From contig OZ234493.1 of NCBI GenBank assembly GCA_965153455.1, positions 20,822,213-20,886,212 on the forward strand: 64,000 bases of DNA, written 5' to 3'. A program made the translations under genes and the position numbers. This document shows positions 52,601 through 62,678 of this stretch, piece by piece. The notes under the pieces were generated by a model. That model saw nothing but the letters and a program-made list of their open reading frames with translations, had not been told where the DNA came from and ran no database searches. How positions within the stretch are numbered: the first letter of the stretch is position 1; the number at the start of each line of letters is the position of its first letter. Source of the DNA: Sphagnum compactum. Lineage: Eukaryota.

Positions 52601-53420
52601 AAGTCCTTGTACTTCTTGGGAAGTTTAACAGGTGTTGGTTTCGATTGGGGTTTGTGGTGTTGGCTGGGTTGACATGGATGGCGAAGATTTGAAGATTCTT
52701 AGCAGCCCGATAGAAAGGGACAGCTCTATCAACGAAGATCTGGACAGGGTTGGTTTTTTGGGCAGAATTCTTGACAAGATTCTTGACAGGACAAGGTTTC
52801 GTTCTGACCAATCGGGGGTTCTTGACTGCAGGATTTGACATAACAGACTTGATAAAACTGGAATTGGTTCCGACCCTCTTTGGGTTCTCGACCACAGGGT
52901 TCTTGGCAGGACTGGACAAAGTGTTTTTCTGAGCGTGGGGTTCTTGAGAGGTGCATCGTTGTGCGCTGAAGGTGAGGGTTCTAGATCGCCAATCAATGAT
53001 AGGGTTGTGTGCTTCTAGCCAAGGCAGACCAAGGATGATGGGATGGTGAGGGGTGGAAATGATGTTGAGAACAATCTTCTCCGTGTGCTTGCCGATACAG
53101 AGTTCTAGAGGGGTTGTCTCGTGTGTGATTGCACCAGAAGCAATGGTTCTCCCATCAATAACCTCTACCGGAACAGGGGTTGACTTCTTGACCACAGGGA
53201 TGTTGTGTTGGACGACAAATGTTTGGTCGATGAAAGAAGAGGTGGCGCCGGAGTCCACCAAAGCTGACACTTGTGGTATGTCTTCTGGAATACGAATGAT
53301 GTCCACATATTGAGTGAAACTGGGACTGGGACCAACAGCGGAACAGGAGCCTTTGCAAAGGTGGTGTTGGGTGAGATCTAGTCGCACGGCTCCTACTGTG
53401 ACTGGATGTTCTTGTTTTCG
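49666..53420 (-). pseudogene. Gypsy pol (protease, RT, RNase H, integrase, chromodomain), disrupted
   Basis: ALVDSGAT, YLDDILIF, ETDASD, HHCC plus DFIT/DRG/E integrase core, GPF motif, and chromodomain FEVQEVLD...YLVFWRGYPPSEATWEP. Frameshift near 52650, stops near 52585 and at 50437. Confidence 0.92.
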
Positions 53421-54367
53421 AACTCCTGGGGAGTTTCCACAGCTTGTACCTGAAGTTTGACAAGCTTTTGAGGGCATTGACGAGCTATATGCCCTGGGTT
53501 GCCACAGTAAAGACATAGATTGTTTGTCCTTCGGCGAAGTTTCTCGGCTTCTGTCAAAGATTTAAACTTAGCTGTGTCGATCTGCATCGGAGCAGGTCCA
53601 AAAGAGGTAGGTCGGGCAACTGGTGTTGTTTGGGGAACTAAGGGGAGCGTAATAGGCCGACTGTTCCAAAGCTAGGCGTTGGAGGTGACTTTCTTTTCCT
53701 GGCGACGTTCGAACAGACGATTATCACACCGAATTGCCTGGGTGATGGCTTCACTGAAGGAAGAAGGGTCTGCGAGTGTCAACAAAAGATCTTGAACATC
53801 ATCACGAAGCCCACAGCGAAACTGATCAATCAAGGCAGCTTCTCCCCAATTGACGTCACAGGCAAGCTGCCTGAATTCTGAAGCGTAGACGATGGCCGAA
53901 TGTGTCCCTTGCTGGAGGTGACGCAGCTTGTTGGCTGAAGTCCTGGCCTTATCACTGTCCCCAAATACTGCTTCAAATTTTGCCATAAAGGCGTTGAAAT
54001 CTTGTAGAAGAGGGGATGATGTTTCCAGGATGGGAGCAAACCATGCTGCAGCTGTCCCAGTGAGTAGGGTTCCAACGAATCCTACACGAGTGGTGTCATC
54101 AAAATAACGACGGGGGTGTAGTTGCATGATCAGGCGTACCTGGCTGACAAAGCCTTGAAATTTGAGGCGCGTTCCATCAAACTTTTCTGGCAGACTGATC
54201 TTGGGTTCTTGGGTGGCCATTGCAAGAGCAGGAAATACTGGGGCAGGAGGTGGTGGCTGATTCTGTAGGCGGGTCACCGAGTCTCTAAGCACGGCATTTT
54301 CTTGTTGAAGGTGTTGAAGGGCGGCGAGGATTTGAATGAGATCGATGTTGGATTCTGAGTTGTCCAT
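53393..54367 (-). pseudogene. Gypsy gag with CCHC zinc knuckle, premature stop at 53672-53674
   Basis: PEKFDG...QFRCGL capsid-like region, PMQID, and [14 protein letters not shown] in the same frame on either side of a TAG. Confidence 0.88.
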
Positions 54368-54406
54368 GGTGGTAGTTCTCACACTTTTGCGCTTTCAATC
54401 TTCAAA

Positions 54407-55211
54407 CTTGAAACTTCAGATGCTTGGATCTCTCTCAATACAAGTCCAAATGACATGAAATTTCTCTCACACATATATTCCTATATGATCTATAAGATCA
54501 CAAAGTTACAGACCGAAAGAAACTTAAACAAAGGAGATATAACCAAAAAACCAGATCTGCACTTGAAACTTCAGATGCTTGGATCTCTCTCAATACAAGT
54601 CCAAATGACATGAAATTTCTCTCACACATATATTCTTATATGATCTATAAGATCACAAAGTTACAGACCCAAAGAAGCTTACACAAAGGAGATATGACCA
54701 AAAAACCAGATCTGCACTTGAAACTTCAGATGCTTGGATCTCTCTCAATACAAGTCCAAATGATATGAAATTTCTCTCACACATATATTCTTATATGATC
54801 TATAAGATCACAAAGTTACAGACCCAAAAAAGCTTACACAAAGGAGATATGACCAAAAAACCAGATCTGCACTTGAAACTTCAGATGCTTGGATCTCTCT
54901 CAATACAAGTCCAAATGACATGAAATTTCTCTCACACATATATTCCTATATGATCCATAAGATCACAAAGTTACAAACCCAAAAAAGTTTACACAAAGGA
55001 GATATGACCAAAAAACCATATCTGCACTTGAAACTTCAGATGCTTGAATCTCTCTCAATACAAGTCCAAATGACATGAAATTTCTCTCATGTATATTCCT
55101 ATATGATCTATAAGATCACAAAGTTACAGACCCAGAAAAGCTTACACAAAGGAGATATGACCAAAAAACCAGATCTGCACTTGAAACTTCAGATGCTTGG
55201 ATCTCTCTCAA
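54407..55211. repeat. 155-bp tandem repeat in the retrotransposon 5' leader, 5 full copies plus a partial one
   Basis: Units start at 54407, 54562, 54717, 54872, 55027 and 55180. Confidence 0.95.
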
Positions 55212-55351
55212 AACATATCCTTTTCTTTTGAAACTTTAGAGTAGAAGCGTCCTATAGTCTTCTATAACCTTTCCAAGTTTCACTCCAATATACCTCTAGC
55301 TACTTACTGAAACAACAACACAAACAAACAAGAAGAAGGAGAAGATCAAAC

Positions 55352-55581
55352 TATTATGGACCGACTACAAACAAGTGGAGAATTACAAGACAAGACAAGC
55401 TTTATTGATCCATCAACTGGTGTTGATCTGCTAAAGGGTTGTTCCCCAGACTATCTCCTTTTATAACCCTGAGCCATACTAGTCCCAAAATATCCTAGGC
55501 CATGATATTGCCAAAAGTATCCAAAAATATCCTAGGCCATGACATTGCCAAAAGTATCCCAAAATATCCTAGGCCATGACA
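55352..55581 (-). repeat. 5' LTR (230 bp) with TATA box (55465-55459) and AATAAA
   Basis: Matches the 3' LTR except for one extra 37-bp internal unit and a TG to TA change at one terminus. Confidence 0.93.
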
Positions 55582-57904
55582 GTTAGTAGGGTATGTAATT
55601 AATAGGGTAGCTAGGTTAGTAGGGTAGGTGGTTAGTACAGTAGCTAGGTTAATAGGATAACTAGTTTTTAGGGTAGCTATGTCAGTAAGGGATAAGAAAT
55701 AAGGTACAAAATGCAGGTATTGCATTTAGGGTAGGATCTTCGTATAAAGAAGAAGCTTAAACCCCACATGCTTATTTTTGGTGTGACCCAAAATGCAGGT
55801 ATTGCATTTAGGGTAGGATCTTCATATAAAGAAAACTTAAACCTTACATGCGTCCTTTCGGAGTGGCCTAAATTGCAGGTATTACATTTAGGGTTGGGTT
55901 ATTTCAAAGTGATTTTGCATGTGCATATTGTGTTTAGGGCTAGGTCTTCACTTAAAGGTATCCAAACCATTTAGATGGGTTTTTTTGAAACATGGTTATT
56001 GCATTTAGGCTTGTTTTTTCATTTCAACTTGAAATACCCCACCTTATACTTACCTCTACCAACTGGAATTTTGGGGTTTCATTGCAATACCTACAGCCGT
56101 ACTGACCTTTACCAACTGGAATTTTGGGGTATTACTTGCACTTGTATTTATTTTTACCAATTGGGATTTTGGGGCCTAATTATAATACCTGCATTTAACA
56201 CATTATCCTTGTGTTTTTTCATTTCACACTTTTTGTGTTTATTACTTGGAAATAATAATAAACTTTGTGCCATATTAGACTTAATGTGTGTGTTGAATAC
56301 ATGATGTTCAAAGAATTTGGGCTATGGTTTCCTCCATACAAAATTGATTCTAAAACAAAAAATTTAGTGCCAATGGCAACAATCTTGATTAGTAATTGAG
56401 ACATTTATTAAAGTAAAATATTAGTTTTGAAATATATGAACCAAATTCCTATACATTAAATCATAAAACATAACCCTACAAATCCAAATGATATTTTGCC
56501 ATAAGCCTTATTACAACCCTAACTATACAAATTCTAACAAAAAAAAGATTTAGTGATATATGCCCTAAACCCAAAAAACTATACAAACGATACAAATCAT
56601 ATAATATGCAAAATAAACAAATTTAAAAGAACATAGGAAAAAATTTAGAAACCAAAATTCAAAGGTTTTAAATTATAAATATTTATTAATTGAAAGAAAC
56701 TATGTTAATCTTTAAAAATAATCAAATAAATTTCGTACAAAACCAAAAAAGAAGATACGTCTTTTACCTTTATGTGATTTTTCCAACCTAATTTTTCCAC
56801 TCTTTTTGAAGAAGGTATAAAATGCAATTGTATTACTTCACATATGTGTAAACCCTAAATATTCCCCCCGAAATCTAACCTACTTTAAATTAATTACTAT
56901 ACATTTATGAAAAACTTATCAATTAATTTATGTGTCTCAACCCTAAACGTAATGGTTAAGTTAGTAGGGTATGTAATTAATAGAGTAGTTAGGTTAATAG
57001 GGTAGGTGGTTAGTACAGTAGCTTGGTTAGTGGTGTGACCCAAAATGCAAGTATTGCATTTAGGGTATGATCTTTGTATAAAGATGCTTACACCCCACAT
57101 GCGTGTTTTCGAAATGGCCCAAAATGCAAGTATTGCATTTAAGGTAGGATCTTCGTATAAAGTAGCTTGAACCCCACATGCGTACTTTCGAAATGGCCCA
57201 AAATGCAAGTATTGCATTTAGGATAGGGTGTGTAATTAATAGGGTAGCTAGGTTAGTAGGGTGGGTGGTTAGTATAATAGCTAGGTCAATAGGATAACTA
57301 GTTATTAGGGTAGCTGTGTCAGTAGGGGATAATAAATAAGGTACCAAGGTTGGTGCAATACTTATGAAGGTAGAAAAGTGAGCAGGGTAGCTCTGTGTGA
57401 GGTCAGGTCCTGGGAAAAACGACCAAGAACCAAAAAGAAAAAAGTACAATGGTCAGCAGTAAAAAGAACTGGATTGTCATGAACCCCATCCGGCGCCGAA
57501 TGAAAAAACGCAACCCATCCAGTGGACAGAACGGCCAACTGGTGCATTGGTGGTTGTTAATTCACTCTGGCCCTACTCATGGAGGGCCAGAGTGAACCAG
57601 CAGCCACCAATGCACCAGTTGGCCGTTCTGTCCACTGGATGCCTTGCATTTTTTCATTCGGCGCCGGATGGGGTTCATGACAGTCCATTTCTTTTTGCTG
57701 CTGACCATTGTACTTTTTTTTTTGGTTCTTGCTCGTTTTTCCCTGCACCTGACCTCACACATAGCTACCCTCCTCACTTTTCTACCCTGTTCACTTTTCT
57801 ACCTAGCTACTGTACTCACCACCTACCCTACTAACCTAGCTACTGTACTCACCACCTACCCTACTAACCTAACTACCCTATTAATTACATACCCTACCCT
57901 AAAA

Positions 57905-58260
57905 ACCCTACCCTAAATGCAATACCTGCATTTTGGGCCATTTCGAAAGTACGCATGTGGGGTTCAAGCTTTCTTTATACAAAGATCCTACCCTAAATGC
58001 AATACCTACATTTTGGGCCATTTCGAAAGTACGCATGTGGGGTTCAAGCTTTCTTTATACAAAGATCCTACCCTAAATGCAATACCTACATTTTGGGCCA
58101 TTTCGAAAGTACGCATGTGGGGTTCAAGCTTTCTTTATACAAATATCCTACCCTAAATGCAATACCTGCATTTTGGGCCATTTCGAAAGTACACATGTGG
58201 GGTTTAAGCATTTCTTTATACAAAAATCATACCCTAAATGCAATACTTACATTTTGGGTC
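57905..58260. repeat. 80-bp subterminal tandem repeat, about 4.5 copies
   Basis: ACCCTAAATGCAATAC at 57910, 57990, 58070, 58150 and 58231. Confidence 0.9.
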
Positions 58261-61200
58261 ACACCACTAACCAAGCTATTGTACTAACCACCTACCCTAC
58301 TAACCTAGCTACTCTATTAATTACATACCCTACTAACTTAACCATTAAGTTTAGGGTTGAGACACATAAATTAATTGATAAGTTTTTCATAAATGTATAG
58401 TAATTATTTAAAAGTAAGCTAAATTTGGGGGGAAATTTTTAAGGTTTACACACATGTGAAGTAATACAATTGCATTTTATACCTTCTTCAAAAAGAGTGG
58501 AAAAATTAGGTTGGAAAAATCACACAAAGGTAAAAGACATATCTTCTTTTTTGGTTTTGTACGAAATTTATTTGATTATTTTTAAAGATTAACGTATTTT
58601 CTTTCAGTTAATAAATATTTATAATTTAAAACCTTTGAATTTTGGTTTCTAATTTTTTTCCTTTGTTCTTTTAAATTTGTTTATTTTGCATTATATGATT
58701 TGTATAGTTTGTATAGTTTTTTGGGTTTAGGGCATATATCATTAAATCTTCTTTTTGTTAGGGTTTGTATAATTAGGGTTGTAATAAACCTTATGTCAAA
58801 ATATCATTTGGATTTGTAAGGTTATGCTTTATGATTTAATGTATAGGAATTTGGTTCATATATTTCAAAACTGATATTTTACTTTAATAAATGTCTCAAT
58901 TACTAATCAAGATTGTTGCCATTGGCACTAAATTTTTTGTTTTAGAATCAATTTTGTATGGAGGAAACCATACCCCAAATTATTTGAACATCATGTATTC
59001 AACACACACATGAAGTCTAATATGGCACAAAGGTTATTATTGTTTCCAAGTAATAAGCACAAAAAGTGTGAAATGCAAAAACACAAGGATAATGATAATA
59101 TTAGTGTTAGATGCAGGTATTATAACTAGGCCCCAAAATCCCAGTTGGTAAAAGTAAGTATAATTGCAAGTATTGCAATCATGCCCCAAAATTCCAGTTT
59201 GTAAAGGTAAGTACGGATGTAGGTATTGCAATGAAACCCCAACATTCCAGTTAGTAGAAGTAAGTATAAGTTCAGGTATTGCAAGTTTAAATGAAAAACA
59301 AGCCTAAATGCAATACCCACACGTTTAAAAAAAAAACCCATCTAAATGGTTTGGATACCCTTAAGTGAAGACCTAGCCCTAAACACAATATGTAGACGCA
59401 AAGTCACTTTGAAAAAACCTTACCCTAAATGCAATACCTGCATTTTGGGCCATTTCGAAAGTACCCATGTGGGTTTAAACATCTTTATACGAAGATCCTA
59501 CCCTAAATGCAATACCTGCACTTTGGGTCACACAAAAAATATGCATGTGGGGTTTAAGCCTTCTTTAAATGAAGATCCTACCCTAAATGCAATACGTGCA
59601 TTTTGGGTCATTTTAAAATAATTAGTTAATTTCAAAATCATATGCTAACAAAGGTGTGTATGGAGGTTGGGGTTGTTGATTAGGAATCCATGATTCTTAT
59701 TTTTTTTCATGAATTTGAAAAGAGGTTCTATTGTTTATGGAACAAATAGTACAATGACAATTGTGATCAAGCTTATTTTAGTGTAAGAAATTTTCATGAA
59801 AAAGTTGAACTTGCAATCTATAACATGGAATAATTATCTTAAATAGTGATTCCAATAACTTATTAAAACAAAAATATACTAAAGTTAATTAATCAAATAT
59901 CAAATTAATTAATCTGATTAAATCCAGCTTTTTATTTTCAAGTAAATAAATTTAAGCCAAATCATTAGTTAATTATATTAAATAAATAAATGATTATCTA
60001 ATTCTTCATAATTAATCATTTAAATTATCTAAAATAATGGTCTATTAATTATTTAATTATATGACAAATTTTATTGATAATTCATTAATTATCATAAATA
60101 TATTATATTAAATTGGCCGAAATGTTTTAGGGTTTAGACATATGTGAAACAATACAATTTCATTCTATATCTTCCTAAAAGAGATTGGGAAAATTAGGTT
60201 GGAGTTATCACACAAAGGTAAAAAACAAACCTTATGTGAAAATCCAACCCTAAATGCAATACAAAGTTTGTCAAGATCAAAAAAAAAAAGTTCAAGCTTA
60301 AATATTTTTCAACGATGTTCATATTTTTTTTCCCCTTTTAAAGTTGTATATTCATACTAAAAACATAAATATAAAGTCTTTAATTTAACAAGATTTTAAA
60401 TTATGTTTAAAAAAAATTCAAAGCACGTAATTTTCTACTTTCTTCTTTTCTGTTTCACATAATAATAAAAATGATCTCTCCCATATATTAATCCTATGTT
60501 TAATTGATATTTTAATTTATACTTTTCTGATATATAGTAAATAATTTCTTGGTTAAAATATTCATATAGTGGGTCAAAAATATTTTATATTTTATAGATA
60601 TATAACACAAGTCCTTATGTAAACTTTATTTTTTATGATGTATAATATTGGTTTAAATATTGGTCCAAATATATTGTTATTTATAACACCTAATATATAA
60701 ATAATGATATTATGGAATTATACTATTGATCCAAATCAATACATATAATATTTTAGGGTTTAGGGTTGGGTTTTCATAGGTTAGGGTTGGGTAAACCCTA
60801 GAACCCTAATCCCTACAAATATAGCTATTTGTTAAGTAACCTAATTAACTACCTGATAGGCTACCTACTTAATATAGGCCTATTATGTAATTTATTCATT
60901 AATGTAAGCTTTCTAAATTAATATCTTAGATGGTCTATGTAGGTATTGAAGGTGATTGAATGTATTAAGTAAACCTACTAGTCATATAGGTAATATACTA
61001 GCCTAGGCGACGTAAGCCTAATAAACATTTATGATAGTTTAATGTCTAATCCTTATTGTGTTATAACATTTTAAATTTGAACTAAAAGAATTTATCAAAA
61101 AGAAAGCACATTTTTCCATATAATTGTTATAAGTATATACTATTGGAGTATGATTCAAATTTAGAATTTGGGAAACCCTAAATTAATTAACAATTTTTTT

Positions 61201-61834
61201 ACAAATTAATAGTAAATAAAATAAATCTACGGTGCATTATAGGGGGAATTTTATATGTAAAAAAATGCAATACATATTTTTAAAGAAATTGAAAAAGATC
61301 AGCTTGGAGATTAACAAATGGTAAAAGACATACCTTCTTTTGTGTTTTGTCACAAGTTTTATTTAATTATTAAACATTATGGCTAAATTTACAAATGGTG
61401 AAAGTAAGTATGTGTGTGGATATTGCAAAATTATATGAAACCTTAACCCTAAATGCAATAGTCATATTCATGTTTATTTGAAAATAACCCATAGGTGAAT
61501 AAGGTAAAACCTACAATGAAAGGGCAACCTTAAATGTAATACCCACATGTAAGGTCGCTTTGAAATACCCAATATGTAGTTTGGGTGCGCCTTTGAATGA
61601 AGACCAAGGCCTAGATAAAATACCTACATGCAAGATCATATTGAAATAATACGTAGGTGATTGAAGGAAACCATATGTGAAGACCCTAAACCCTCAATGC
61701 AATACTCGCATGTAATGTCATTTCAAAAGTGGCCTGGGTACCAAAATTATGTCTTTTTATATACCCAAAATTAATTATTATTCTAAATTAATTTTATTAC
61801 AAAATGTAAGTTTCATAGTGAATGTAAAAACCAG

Positions 61835-62275
61835 CACCTATTATGGGACCTACATGCGAGTATTGCAAGAGATGGAAAAAAGACCAGGGGTTATATGGGA
61901 ACTATATGCGGGTATTGTAAGGAATGTTTAAAAAACCCAGTGGCTATTATGGGACCAATATGCGGGTATTGCAAGGAATGAAGACTATCAGCAATTTTTG
62001 GGACCTATATGCGGGTATTGCAACAAATGAAGACTATCTGCAATTTTTGGGACCTATATGCGGGTATTGCAACAAATGAAGACTATCTGCAATTTTTGGG
62101 ACCTATATGCGGGTATTGCAACAAATGAAGACTATCTGCAATTTTTGGGACCTATATGCGGGTATTGCAAGGAATGTTTATAAAACCCAGTGGTTATTAT
62201 GGGACCTATATGCGGGTATTGCAACGAATGCAAAATGCATATGGCTATTTTGGACCTATATGTGGGTATTGCATT
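61835..62275. repeat. 49-60-bp tandem repeat with GGGACCTATATGCGGGTATTGCAA core
   Basis: Exact 49-bp spacing at 62000, 62049, 62098 and 62147. Homologous arrays at 31430-31740 and 42800-43060. Confidence 0.88.
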
Positions 62276-62678
62276 TTTGAAAATGGAGTTCATAATAGAG
62301 AATGATGTAGGTATTATATGTTTAAAATGTGTGGATTGTTTTAAAAGTCTTCAGGTGATGTGAGTCGTATTATATTAGATATAAGTATTGCATAATGTTC
62401 ATTTTGATCTTTGGTTTGATTCTTACATCTCCAGTACTAAAAAAATTATGACAAAGAAGACATATATGATTAACCATATACCCATCAACAAGTGTGAGTA
62501 CAAGGTGCTATTATATTGAAAAAAGATGTACAAAAATGGGTGCATGAAAGATTACTAAAGAACCTATTGAAAAAAAAATGTTGGTTCTCTATAACATATC
62601 AAAGGATTCAAGTTCAAAATTGGGTAGTCCAAAAAATGAAAGGGTTACAAAACCTAATTAATTATATAAAGTGAAACC

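Larger units (their letters stand above)
49473..55581 (-). mobile_element. Full-length but defective Ty3/gypsy chromovirus LTR retrotransposon
   Basis: Two LTRs, 5-bp TSD GTTAG (49468-49472 and 55582-55586), polypurine tract next to the 3' LTR (49666-49681), and domain order gag-PR-RT-RH-IN-chromodomain. Confidence 0.96.
39162..57572. mobile_element. Large Mutator-like element A: zinc-finger gene plus convergent MULE/SWIM transposase, with a nested LTR retrotransposon
   Basis: Left TIR GGCTGGAGTGAACCAGCAACCACCAATGCACCAGTTG at 39162 and right TIR CAACTGGTGCATTGGTGGTTGTTAATTCACTCTGGCC ending at 57572. Internal DDE/SWIM transposase. Confidence 0.9.

Noticed and set aside
57905-58400. Regularly spaced repeats resembling a CRISPR array, and ORFs within them
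   Set aside because: Whole units are repeated with no unique spacers, there are no cas genes, and the context is a eukaryotic TE.
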